Part shown: positions 44,917 to 57,825 of the stretch, piece by piece | Numbering within the stretch: the first letter of the stretch is position 1 | Layout: each line of letters starts with the position of its first letter | Assembly (NCBI GenBank): GCA_043228905.1 | Contig: JBHGNT010000008.1 | Location: 21,390,001-21,454,000 of the forward strand | DNA: 64,000 nt | Reading direction: 5' to 3' | Source: Azolla caroliniana | Lineage: Eukaryota; Plantae; Polypodiophyta | Program-made: the position numbers and the translations under genes | The notes under the pieces: model-generated | What the model was told of the DNA's origin: nothing | The model's database searches: none | Seen by the model: only the letters and a program-made list of their open reading frames with translations

Positions 44917-45725
44917 TTTCATATCCTCTTTTGTCACTCTCCATCTCTCTCTCTTCCTCTATCTTTCTTACTTTTATATCCTATTTTCTCTCTCTCTCTC
45001 TCTCTCTCCCCCCCCCCCTACCTCTACCCCTCCCTTTACTTTTGTATTTCCACCCTACCCCTAACCTTAACCCTCCCTAGCTCACACCAAGTGTATCAAA
45101 CGGTTTAGGTGCGCTCAAATTGTTCTTGGTGAACCTTTCACTTCACCCCCACTTTGTCAATTTACCCCCCTACCCCTCCCTTACCTTCTTAAATTACCCT
45201 CCTACCCTTCCTCCTCACTTTTTCAAAATTACCTTTCTACCCCTCCCACTTTTTCTTATTACCACCCTACCCCTCCCCTAAACCCCCAACTCATTTCTTA
45301 AAAACTAAACACCCTACACCCACCCCTCCTCTCTCTATATCTTTTTCCTTTTTTTTCTCTCTCTCACACTTAAGCTATCACTTCTCCCTCTCTTAGTTTT
45401 TTCCTTTCCTCTCTCAAAATCTTTTCCTATCCTATTTTATCCACCTTTCTATTTTTGTTTTTCTACCCTCACCCATGTTTTACTTTTTCTTACCCTACCC
45501 CTCCCCATCCTCTTCCTAAATCTATAGCCTTCCCCCTTTTTCTTTTCTTCTTTCCCCACACTTGTCTCTCTCCTTTACCTCTCTCCTATTTCCTTTCTCT
45601 CTCTTACTTTGTCTAGTTTACACATGCATCTCTCTCCTCTCTCTACCCTCTTTCTCTCTCTTACTTTTATCTCGTTTTCCCACCCTTGATCCTCATAGCT
45701 TACTCACTCCCCTTATGTCTACTCA

Positions 45726-45773
<48 letters not shown>

Positions 45774-46085
45774 CCTTCCTTTCTCATTATCTCACATACT
45801 TTCCTTATTTCCCCCTCAATCTTAACTTCCCTTTTAATATTTCCCCTCATTTTACATTTCATATCCTAACTCCCTCTTTTCTTCTTATCACTCCTTAACA
45901 TTATAACCTCTTTTCCCTTATACCAAAACCTCCCCCTTGTCACATTAAAGCTCATAATATCCTTTTCTTTCTTCTCCAAATCTTCCCCTTTTTCAAATCA
46001 TATCCATAAGCACACACCCCCACTCCCTATTGTCATTTCTCTAAACACTCTCCTAAAACTCCTTATATAAACCTATGCACCCCTA
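44827..46085. repeat. Polypyrimidine low-complexity tract with (TC)n and ACCCTACCCC-like units; continues at 38255-38455 across the L1
   Basis: The + strand is almost devoid of G over ~1.3 kb. Confidence 0.85.
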
Positions 46086-46144
46086 ATGATCATTTTAGCA
46101 CTGATGAGCCCCGCGGTGGGCGAAACTAGTTTGCTCTTGACCAT
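46086..46144 (+). ncRNA. Minimal type-I hammerhead ribozyme motif
   Basis: AGCA-CUGAUGA-GCCC(CGCGGU)GGGC-GAAA-C(UA)G-UU-UGCU: complete catalytic core, stem I AGCA/UGCU, GC-rich stem II, palindromic helix III ACUAGU; distal stem I AUGAUCA/UGACCAU. Confidence 0.8.
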
Positions 46145-46589
46145 ATCCCAATGTAATTTCTTTTTCAATCTTAATGATAATTAGTAATAGCTTTGCTCTC
46201 TATCACTCTCTCTCTCTCTCTCTCTCTCTCTCAACATGTTAGTAACATTTGTTTTAGTCTTTTTAATTAATACTTAATGACTAGCCCTCTCTCCCTTTCT
46301 CATTATATGTTTAGATATTTTAGTTATATTTAAGTTTTAATCCCCATAATAATTTAAGTTATCAAGGTTTAATCTCTCTCTCTCTCTCTCTCTCTCTCAG
46401 ACATGCACCGATGATACACCATTTGCACTCCTTGTCGACGATCGTATGATCAACAAAACTCATGAGTCCCTCATCAACTCGGCTCCTCGATTGTTGGCTT
46501 TCCCGACAGTCGGATCTTCCTCCCACTGGAGGGACATATTCCCAACAATCTAGATGCCAAATCCAAGTAACCAAATTTTTTTATAGAAA

Positions 46590-47045
46590 CTAAATCATTG
46601 TTACAACCAAAATAGCTCTTCAAACGACTAACATGAATGCGAGTTGGAACATCGAGGCAATAGGCAAATGAACCAATACACTTGAGGATAGTGAAAGGTC
46701 CACAAAAGTGTGAGGCTATTAGCACAATCTTGCTTGTAGACAACTTTGTAGAGTCACAAGGCACATGTAAAAACACTTTCTATCCCAAGATAAAATGGGG
46801 TTATTGATGTTGTTGGTCAGCATAAAATCAGGCTTTTTTCGAAACTGTTGTTTTTATTGTCCCAAGCGGTATGCAACATGTCTTCCATATCCCTTAGAAA
46901 GTATTGTATAATTTGTAGCTCATCACAATAAATTTTGACATTGGTTAGGGCATGTGGATGGATACCATACATCAACATAAAAGGACTATGTTGAGTTGAT
47001 GTATGTTTGGATCTATTATAAGCAAACTCCAAAATAGGAAGAAGA
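46590..47045 (-). pseudogene. Decayed Gypsy (chromovirus-type) integrase C-terminal fragment
   Basis: LEFAYNRSKHTSTQHSPFMLMYG and GPFTILKCIGSFAYCLDVP..IHVSRLK (GPY/F region). Confidence 0.75.
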
Positions 47046-50000
47046 TATTAATTGTAAGGAGTGAAGGGTAAGGATTAGGAACTACGATTATGATTATGTT
47101 TGTAACAACATAGAATTTGCATGCACAATCTAACCATGAATGAACATCTAGTAAGTTTGAGGTGTTACATGTAAAACTAACCCTACATGAAAGTAAATAT
47201 TGTTCTAGGAACATTATGTAACATATCTTTCACTCATAAATGAATTGTGCCTATTTTGTCAATGTACATGTTAGCCAAAAAAACTTGATGAGAGTAACTT
47301 GTATTGTAAGGTAGAAGACAATATTAGATGTTTCATATGTTCCAAAAAGAGATAGCCTATCCTCGCCCTTAAAGACACTCAAAAGGTTCCAATGTTTGTA
47401 AGTTTCTTGCAAATAAGAGGGTTTCTAGTACCTACATATTGACTAGTATTTGTATGCTATAAATTTCTTTAACCAATTACACCTTTTTGAACATGTGGTC
47501 ATTGGTAGAGTATCTCGTGCTTGATTTATGAATTCAAACTTGGCAAGGTTTGACATTAAAATGGCTAATCAATGTTCATGTGACATCTTTGGTTGGCATT
47601 TGCCCTCTAGTAATAAAATAGCATATATTGATTTTTTCCAAGTATGTGTACATTATGTTTATTTTGTTACACACACATAAATATATGCTACATATTGATT
47701 TTATTGCACACAAGACACACACGTGTGTTGGTGTTTCTTGAATCTATGTATATGATTTTATGTTTTCTTAATGGAATAGTTATATTATAGGAAGTATATG
47801 CTCAAAACAATACCGTTTTGATTGATGACAAAGAATACTTGCTCTTTAGATAATAAGAAAACATCATCGGTTTCCGGCGCTAAATGCTTGAAGGTTAAGA
47901 AAACAGATACCAAAGTGGAGCTCTCAGCAAAATTATGCCTAAGATCTTTTATGTTAAAGGACAAACCCATCACTCAAAACATGACCCTACAAACTAAATT
48001 TTGCGAAACACAAGCTTTCCCATTAAGTCCTCGCGTATAAATGATTAGATTGAGAATCATGATAAGAAATAATGCAATGCTTCCATATTTGTTTCAACAT
48101 GTAATGTCATAGCATTAGTGCACTAATAGATGTGGAGAAAATGGCAATAATCAATTATGTGAAACGAGTGTATTCGGGTCAAACTAATAGTATGCCTAAT
48201 GTCAAACTAAACTATGAAGAGTTTTATCAATGGAAGGGGCATTGCTCAAATTAATATTCCAAACCATGATCTTTAGTAGAATTTTAATAAAGTAACCTCA
48301 CGAATGTCTAGCAATTATTTGGTGCATGCCTAAAGTTACCTATATATAAACACAATGGTCTAGCATTCTCTTTTTTTAGCCCTTGGGTTATGAAAAACAT
48401 GACTCTTCCAAGCCATTTTAGAATCAAATGAATTGTGTGTATGACCTCAAGCATAAAATTATAAAGAGTTTTTGTAATGATTGCAATATCAAAGGGCCAT
48501 TACTTAAGACTTCAACCCACAAGCTTTAAGTTGCCAAACACAAACCTTACTGCTTACCAACATGGTGATACATGTTGAAATTGTAGAAAAATAATTAAGG
48601 AGCCTCGAGAATCTAGAACTATAGTTTCAGTAGACATCTGGAATCTCATAGATATGAAGGCAATGGTTTCAGGCCATGATTAATTCTCATGTAGAGTCTT
48701 GTTTTTGTTGCTTCTAGTTTGCATGAAAGAGCTAGTAAATGATTCTACATAGTGGTCCTTTAACACCCAATGGTTTTCATTTGTTGCTTTTATTATTCAT
48801 GCACATGGATGGGATAGATCCAAGTGTTGAGAAAATATTGCCATTGGATATAATAACGCTTATTTTGTAGTCGAAGCTTGGCGGTGGAAATGTTCACCAA
48901 GTCATGGATCGCCACTTCATACTAGGTTTATTGATAATGGTATGTCTTCGATAGTTTATTGCTTTTGTGGATTAGGTTGGATGTTTTGTGACATTCTTTT
49001 GTCACAAGCAAGTGCCCCAAATTGCGGATCTAACCTGAGTGGTGGAGATATTGGGCTTTAAATATCTTGATTGAATGCAAAATGCTCTAGATCGATTGCT
49101 TCTTTTTATTTAACAAGCAACCTTGGGAGCTTTATTTGTTCTTTTGTTTGAGATCATGGGTGAAAAGCAATGTATATATAGCATGCATGTGCCTTTTCAA
49201 AGTGCCTAAATCATGGACCTAAAGCGATAGTGGAGACATTGATCTTGAAATGCCTTCATTGGATGTTGTGACTCGTGAGCATCATCATAACTCATTATTT
49301 TTCGTGTGCAATTGTTATGAGTAACCCAATTATTTTTCCTTTGCAATCATTACCTTGATGCCACAACATAACTATTTACATTCAAGGACACAAAAGAAGT
49401 AGTTTGTGTCTAGTTACTTGATGTGCTACGGATGTAAAGCCTTGATAGATATACATATTACATAAGTAAGAGGTGGTAGGGTAGACCTAAAGATTAAATT
49501 GTCCATGATCCATCAATGTCTACCTTTCTTCACGGCGACCCTTGCTCAACAACTCTAAACTTTAGAAAAAGTAATGTTTCTTCTACTAAGCGTACACACT
49601 ACAGCAAATCCGTGAATATTCCATATGCATGCATATGTGTGTGTACATATGTAAACTGTATATATATATATATATATATACAGAAGGATTCCAACACATT
49701 GTTTGGAAAAACATCATTCAAATGGCTTTGGATTGTTGTACAATTGTCTTCCTTCGCAAGGGAATCTTTCGATCACATGGTTCTTTGAGGCCAAATACAT
49801 TTGCCCCACAAAAAAAGCTCAATAAGCCTACGAGGTAGCGAACATGCAAGTGTCGGTGCTCTCAATCTGGCTACAATTGCAGGATTATATAAAGCATCAT
49901 ACAACCATATACATACCATAGCACTTCTTAGACATAAAAGGTGCTCTATACATGGAGCATTTACTTTTTTCCTCGTGTACTTTCTAGGCATGAAAACGCG

Positions 50001-50101
50001 ATCCCTCCATCCATGGGGTCAATTCCCTCTTCGGTAGTGTGTGTTCAAATCTCCTCGACGTAGAAACACCACATCGGTCCAAAGTGGGTGGCAAGGGGGG
50101 G

Positions 50102-50815
50102 GGATCGTCACACAATGGAACAGACACACAGGACTTGGGTTGTGAAAATGGATGGAAAAGTGGGATCAATAAGTCCTTGCTTGTTTTGGTTCATATGTGT
50201 GTTCATATGTGTGTGTGTGTGTGTGTCTCTCTCTCTCTCTCTATGTCAAAATGTGTGTGTGTGTCTCTCTCTATGTCAAAATGTGTGTGTGTCTCTCTAT
50301 GTGTGTATAGATCGTCACACGATGGAACAAACTCAGGTTGTGAAAATGGATAGAAAAGTAGGGTCAATAAGTTCTTGCTTGTTTTAGTTGATGTGCGTGT
50401 CCATATGTGTGTGTGTCTCTATGTCTGTATGTGTGTGTCTCTCTCTATGTGTGTAGATCGTCACACAATGGAACAGACACACGGGACTCGGGTTGTGAAA
50501 ATGGATGGAAAAGTGGGATCAATCAGTCCTTGCTTGTTTTGGTTGATGTGTGTGTGTGTGTCTCTCTCTATGTCTATATGTGTGTGTCTCTCTCTACGTC
50601 TGTATGTATGTATGTGTGTGTGTGTCTCTCTCTCTCTATGTGTGTATATGTGAGTGTGTGTCTCTCTGTCTATGTGTGTGTATGTGTGTGTTGTCTCTCC
50701 CTATGTTTATATGTGTGTGTGTGTGTGTCTCTATGTGTGTATGTGTGTGTGTATGTGTGTGTCTCTCTCTATGTGTGTATGTGTGTGTGTCTCTCTCTCT
50801 ATGTGTGTGTGTTTG
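50102..50815. repeat. Three copies of a ~85-bp unit separated by (TG)/(TC) microsatellite
   Basis: GATCGTCACACAATGGAACA...GGTTGTGAAAATGGA...CTTGCTTGTTTT at ~50103, ~50310 and ~50456. Confidence 0.85.
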
Positions 50816-51618
50816 AGAGGATTCGAACCTTGAACCATTTATTCCTCCAATGGAAAAGGTCAAACACCCAAAATACATACATAGACCAAACCAAAAAGGA
50901 AGAAAGGACCAAATACATACATAAGAGAGAGAAACACAGAGAGACAGAGAGAGAGAGCGTTGAACAATCAGAAACAGGGGAGGCAAGAGTAGTAGAAAAC
51001 AGAAGGAGAAACAGAGCAGAGAGAAAAGCACAACAAAACGCGCTTCTTCCTTAAATCATCTCTCTCTCTCTCTCTCTCTCTCTGTGTAAGTAACCCATTA
51101 TGTACTTCTGTTGATCTGAAAAAGAGAAAACACAGGCAAAAAAACACCATAAACCCTAAAAACAGACAAAACAAAACAGACAGAGAAATAGATAGATAGT
51201 TAGATAGAGAGAGATAGAGAGAGAAAGCCATTAGAAGGAAGAAGAAGAAAAAGTCCCCATACATACCCTTTCTTCCTTCCCCTGTATTCTTGCTTCTCTC
51301 AGGCTATACTACTACTAGTATATTACCACGTCCTCTCCACTTCTAAAATTGTCTCATCTCTCTGTGTCTCTCTGTCTCTTCCATAACTTCTTTCCTTTTC
51401 CCCTTCACTCCCCTGTTTCTCCTAGTCTGCTACCTTACTCTGTTTCCTTCCTCCCCTGTTTCTCCTCCTTGTTGATTATTCCCTTCCCCCCCTCACCTTC
51501 ATTTTTGGGTTGATTCCTCCCTAATTGTGGTCCATTTCTGTGCCCCCCCCCCCCCCCCTCCCCTGTCCAAAGATTTGTGTCTCCTTTTTGGGCCCCCGCC
51601 TCTTCCAATTTCCCACCT

Positions 51619-54600
51619 ATGGCTTCTTCGATTCCTCCTCCCCGAGGAGGGGGAGGGGGAGGGGGAGCCGGGAGCCGATCGTTTCGAAGCCAATCCTCGG
51701 ACAACAGCCCCATCCCCGAGGGCAGTTCCGCGAACGCGTTCTACCGCCGGATGGCTCGGGCCGATTCCTCCGACATGGACGCCAGCAGTGAGATCGGATC
51801 TGTCAACGGAGGCTACACTGTCGTCATCCCTCCCACCCCCGACAACAACCCCACCACCACCACCACCACCACCACCACCGAAAACCATGAGCCCGACCAG
51901 AAATTGGTGTCCAATAGCATCTTCACCGGTGGTTATAACAGCGTAATTCGAAGCCATCAGCTCGACAAAATGACCGATGGGGTAGCCCTGGACGACAATT
52001 CACACTTGGGCTTGGGCGGTGGCATCGGCCACACTTGTATGATGGATGGTTGCGACGCCCGAGCCATGCGGAATGAGCGAGGCGAAGAAATAAACCCATG
52101 CCAATGTAACTTCAAGATATGCAGAGATTGCTATATCGATGCAGTCAAGGCAGGAGGGAAATGCCCCGGTTGTAAAGAGCTTTATAAGGACGATGATCAA
52201 GACCCGTATTCGCCTACTCCTCTCTCATTGCCAGCGCCACCGCCTATTCAGCCTTATCTTGACCGACGGCTCTCAGTGGTCAAGTCAAAGAAGCAAACAC
52301 ATCAGCTATCTACGACAACAATGAATAAGAGGTCGAATCAAGGTTATGATTTCGACCACACGAATTGGCTCTACGAGACCAAAGGTACCTATGGATTTGG
52401 AAATGCAGTGTGGCCCAAGGAAACCGACCCTTACACGGGTATCATGGCCGGAGGGCCTATCCCTGACTTCAAAGATCGAGCCCGCCGCCCACTCTCTCGG
52501 AAAATCAAGGTCCCAGGCGGCATCCTCAGCCCTTACAGGTATGCGTGCTTGTTATATATACACTTTGTCTTATTCTTGATCCATAGGCTATTGAATCTCA
52601 AATGGAGTTGAGCCTTTTGTTTATCTAATGATTGTGAATCACTACTCTAGACACACTTGATTTTGTTGTTGTCAGTGCTTAGGTTGTAGATCATCATCTA
52701 TAGGCTTGACCTTTATTCCTACACTTGATCATAGTGCCAATACACATAATCTTTGTTTCACTACCCATTGATCTTGTAGTACTTCATTTGTGTTCCCATT
52801 GATTTTTTTTATCATGGAAGATTCATTTGTGTTTCTTGTTACCACCCCTTTTGCAGGCTTCTTGTGGTGGTTAGATTTGTTGTTTTGATCCTCTTTTTGA
52901 TATGGAGAGTGTCACATCCAAACACGGGTGCTATGTGGCTATGGGGAATGTCGATTGTTTGTGAGATTTGGTTTGCATTCTCATGGATATTAGATCAGTT
53001 GCCAAAGCTTTGCCCCGTGAACAGAGCGACAGACTTAGCTGTGCTCAAGGATAAATTCGAGCAACCTAGTCCAGGGAATACAAACGGAAGATCAGATCTT
53101 CCAGGGCTCGATATCTTTGTATCAACAGCAGATCCTGAGAAAGAGCCCCCGCTGGTGACGGCCAATACTATCCTCTCGATTCTGGCCGCCGATTACCCCG
53201 TGGAAAAGCTGTCATGTTACCTTTCTGATGATGGTGGTGCATTGCTAACTTTCGAGGCTATGGCTGAAGCAGCAAGCTTTTCTAGGGTTTGGATACCTTT
53301 TTGTCGAAAACATAACATTGAGCCACGTAACCCCGAGTCTTACTTCAATCTCAAAGGTGATCCTACCAAGAATAAGGTGCGACCGGATTTTGTTAAGGAT
53401 CGCAGGAGGGTAAAGAGAGAATATGATGAATTCAAGGTGAGGATTAATGGGCTTCCGGAATCAATCCGAAGGAGGTCTGATGCTTATAATGTTCACGAGG
53501 AAGTGAAAGCGAAGAGAAATCAACATGAGAACGGGCTTGACTTAACCGAGCCTCTTAATGTCACCAAAGCTACATGGATGGCAGATGGTACTCATTGGCC
53601 AGGGTCATGGACAACACAAAGCACCGAGCACAAGAAGGGAGACCATGCCGGCATCATCCAGGTAAAAAGATTGGATTGGGCTCTTATGTTATAATAATAA
53701 AAGGCACTTATGTATTTTGGAACATTAATCAGTGAAAAATGAGGGGTAAATATTCCATTGAAAAACTAAACATGGCCAATAACATGTGCTTACTTTACTC
53801 TTCTATGAGTAAAAGAGCCATTCAGTTATATCCGTGCTTCTAATTTTGTCGGCATTTGCTGGTGTGTCAGGTCATGTTGTCTCCACCGAGGCCCGACCCT
53901 GTGTATGGTAATACGAATGAGGAGAATCTTATCGACACGACCGACGTTGATGTCCGCCTTCCGATGCTCGTCTATGTCTCCCGCGAGAAACGTCCGGGTT
54001 ACGACCACAACAAGAAGGCAGGAGCCATGAACTCGTTAGTGCGTAGCTCGGCCATAATGTCGAACGGACCGTTCATCCTTAACCTCGATTGTGACCATTA
54101 TGTGTATAACTCTCAGGCGTTCCGCGAGGGCATATGTTTCATGATGGACCGCGGAGGCGAGAACATTTGTTATGTGCAATTCCCTCAGAGATTCGAAGGT
54201 ATAGACCCAAGTGATCGCTACGCGAATCACAACACCGTTTTCTTCGATGGAAACATGAGAGCGTTGGATGGTTTGCAAGGTCCGATGTATGTTGGGACTG
54301 GATGTATGTTTAGGAGAATTTCCCTTTATGCGGTCGACCCACCTAGATACAAGGATCGGGGTAGCTTTTGCTCTCGCGTTTTCTGTTGTGGAGGGAGCAA
54401 GCGGAAGAAGCAAAGGCAAGTGCATTCGAACATGCAGCAGAAGAAGAAGCTCGATATCGACTCGGTGTCTGTGATGGAGGACGACGATGAGGATCAAGAG
54501 ATGCAGCTCGTGCCGAAGAAGTTTGGGGCATCGGGCACCTTCCTGATGTCGATACCGAAGGCCGAGTTTCAAGGCCGCCCGTTGGCGGACCACCCGGGCA

Positions 54601-55643
54601 TCAAATTTGGCAGGCCACCAGGTGCTCTTACCGAGCCTCGTGAGCCGTTGGACCCCGCCACCGTGGCTGAGGCCATAAGTGTAATCTCATGCTGGTATGA
54701 GGATAAGACGGAGTGGGGCCGTAGTGTCGGGTGGATCTACGGTTCCGTGACTGAGGATGTCGTGACTGGGTACCGCATGCATAACCGCGGTTGGCGCTCG
54801 GTGTATTGTGTGACCAAAAGGGATGCCTTCCGAGGCACGGCACCAATCAACTTGACGGACCGGCTCCAACAGGTGCTGCGATGGGCGACCGGATCGGTCG
54901 AAATCTTCTTCTCTCGCAACAATGGCCTCCTTGCCGGGACCCGCATGAAGCTGTTGCAACGTATCGCATACCTCAACGTAGGTATTTATCCCTTCACCTC
55001 CATTTTCCTCATGGTCTATTGCTTCTTGCCCGCGCTCTCCCTCTTTACCGACCAATTCATCGTCGCCACGCTCGACGTGTTCTTCCTCATCTATCTCCTC
55101 GTCATCACGCTCACCCTATGCATGCTTGCGCTCCTGGAGGTGAAATGGGCGGGCATCACGCTCGAAGAATGGTGGCGGAATGAGCAGTTTTGGGTTATCG
55201 GGGGCACGAGTGCTCATATTGTGGCCGTGCTTCAAGGCTTGCTCAAAGTCATAGCGGGGGTGGACATTTCCTTCACGTTGACCTCGAAATCGTCTGGCGA
55301 AGATGAGAACGATGAGTTTGCGGAGCTTTATGAGGTCAGGTGGACATTTCTTATGATACCCCCACTCACCATCATGATGGTTAACATGATTGCGATTGCC
55401 GTAGCTGTGGCGAGGACCATATATAGTAGTGATCCATCGTGGAGCAAGTTGCTAGGGGGTGTCTTCTTCAGTCTCTGGGTGCTAGCACATCTGTACCCCT
55501 TTGCAAAGGGTCTTATGGGACGAAGAGGAAGAGTGCCGACCATTATCTGGGTCTGGTCAGGCCTTATTTCCATCACCATCTCTCTCCTATGGGTTGCCAT
55601 TAGCAATCCGCAAAGTCAATTCTCGTCAAGCTTCTCGCTATGA
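51619..55643 (+). CDS. CSLD: Cellulose synthase-like D; exons 51619-52538, 52857-53661, 53871-55643; 1165 aa
   Basis: CSLD N-terminus ([24 protein letters not shown]-like Cys, [12 protein letters not shown]); GT2 motifs DDG, DCD, TED, QVLRW. Two GT-AG introns give 3498 nt in frame. Confidence 0.96.
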
Positions 55644-57163
55644 GGAGTGGGGGGGAAGAACACGAACTAAAGACCTTTTTTCAACAAAATTGTGGTCACA
55701 GAAGTTTTGAAAAATGAGGTGGAAGGTATAGGGAACAACGGTCACGACAGAAAAGAGAGAAGACTCAAAAAAAAGGGGTGGGGTGAGGGGTGGGCAAGAA
55801 ATAAAACAAAATGAGGATTTTCATTAACAGGAGATCCTCATTTGTGGAATGTATATAAAACTTGCAATAAATTCTTTGATTTTTTTTGTGTATTTTTTTT
55901 TTCGGGTTTTTCTTTCTTTTCGTTGAAGGTTTTGCCAAGCCAAAAGAAAAAACTAGTAAGGCTTTAAACCCTTTTATCATGATCCTTCTGTTCGAGCAAT
56001 GGGCTGAGTAAACAAGAAGTTGGACCGGAAGAGACAAACAAGTTAACAAACATTGGCACGAGGAAGCCAGCCCTCTGTAAATAAATATATATGTATACTC
56101 TCTTTCTCTCTTCGGAATGGGCCTACATTTAGAATCTTCTTGTATCAATGTAGGGACAATATATGCCCCTTGATGTTTTATGACATGTTAATCAACAGTT
56201 CTTAAACATAAATTCTTTCATCTCTGGGTTTATGTTTATGCTTGGTACTCAATTTATTTAATTTACAAAAGATGCATTCTTTTTTTTCTTAACTTAAAAG
56301 TGGCACGTTAATATTAGCTGACAAGTGACAAGAATAACACGCTTTCTTTTCTTGTTCCAACATAAAGTTGTGCATGATTTTGTTGATTTGTAGATGTCAT
56401 TGTCTTTTGTATTGGCATAGTTGTCGATCGAGAATCCTCATTGAATGGGTCGAACAAAATAATGAAGGATGCTTTTGCAAGGTCTTGGAGCAATCTTTTT
56501 CTACATAACTTGATACTTCTCACCAATTTATTAAATAATTCAGATTGTGTAGCTCAAGTTGAAGTTTTCAAAGCCATTGATCATGAATAAAAGATTACTT
56601 GGATCTTCCAAAATACATGAATGGTTTCTTGCCTAGCAAGTGTTGTTATGTTACTTTTTGTAGCTTTTGTTTGAGGCAGGAGGGGAGGTGTGCGACAATA
56701 AACAAATGCCTATAGTGCAACAGTTGCGCCACAATTGTCTCGTCTACACAACATTCAAAGTGTCGTTAAATTCTATAGAAGTCTTGAAAGGAGAAAATTA
56801 AAATTCACACAATGGCTTGAGCTTGAAGTCTCATAGTTTTCGTGTGCACAACATTCAAACTGTTGTAAGATTGCATGAGATCATTCAAAAGGAAAAATTA
56901 CAAAATAAACACGATCTATGTGCGCCAATCCGAATCGCCAATGGATTGTTTAATAGTTTATGTATTGTGTTTTCCTAGAGGCCCTACATAAGGTTTTGTG
57001 CATAAAAGGCGAGGAAAAATAGGACATGTAAAAGCCCCCAAAAGCTCTTTTATGCTCTTCAATCTCTTTCTCTCTCTCTTTAATAAAACATTATAATATA
57101 AAAAGTGTAGACATAATAATAATATTATATAAAAAAAGAAGACTTTTTAACTGAATGGACAAA

Positions 57164-57235
57164 TGTGGCTGCTGGGATTCGAGCCCAGGTCTCCACGGCC
57201 ACAACGTGGAATTCTAACCACTAAACTACAGCCAC
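57164..57235 (-). tRNA. trnH-GUG: tRNA-His (GUG), cytosolic
   Basis: GTGGCTGTAGTTTAGTGGTTAGAATTCCACGTTGTGGCCGTGGAGACCTGGGCTCGAATCCCAGCAGCCACA folds as a cloverleaf; oligo-T terminator ~30 nt downstream. Confidence 0.97.
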
Positions 57236-57825
57236 TTTGATGACATGCAATTTAAATTTTAACATCTAACACGGTTTGATCCCATGTTTCTTTCTTACTC
57301 TATGCCTGCAATGTATATCCCTTCCACCTGAATTGTTCTCAATTTCCACATCATACTACCTGTTCTTGCCTCGGACACATGCCCACTGTCAATAATCTAC
57401 AATAACAGAAATTCCTTCTGTTAATGGGTGCTCCCCATTGCTATTTTCAGATCATCACCGTGGATGAAATTGTCATAGAAAAGTTTCTTTACCCTTAATG
57501 TGGGGTACAGAAGTCATCATGGCTCACATTGTTTTGCGGCATCAATACCATGGCTCCATTGCCATTTTTCCGAGACCACAAATAATGCCAAGCTTTGATA
57601 TCTTAACAAGCGATTTGCACATCCCCAATAGTCATATTTGCACACAGAAAATGAAGTAATGACTCCATTCATTCAAAATTGGGCTCACAAGTCATAACCT
57701 TAATCCATTCGACTCTATCATTGGCATGACATGTTTGTTTTCTTTGGCACCCATTTTCTTCCTCAACATATCCATCTCACTCACTGCCTCAAGCATGCCC
57801 ACATTTACATAAATATTGTCCAATG

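Noticed and set aside
45055-45075. CCCTAACCTTAACCCT telomere-like motif
   Set aside because: Only about two imperfect units within a C/T-rich tract.
47050-50000. AT-rich stretch with short ORFs
   Set aside because: No motif I can recognise; probably old decayed repeats, left unannotated.
50102-50550. Repeat-spacer pattern resembling a CRISPR array
   Set aside because: Eukaryotic context, ~85-bp units, microsatellite spacers and no cas genes.
50375-51054. ORFs of 88-215 aa rich in C/V/Y/S/L
   Set aside because: Translations of TG/TC microsatellite; the same applies to ORFs at 44848-45898 and 63254-63692.
51577-51618. Upstream non-ATG start for CSLD, and ORF-track ends at 52611 and 53694
   Set aside because: ATG 51619 is the first in-frame Met; the ORF tails run into GT-AG introns.
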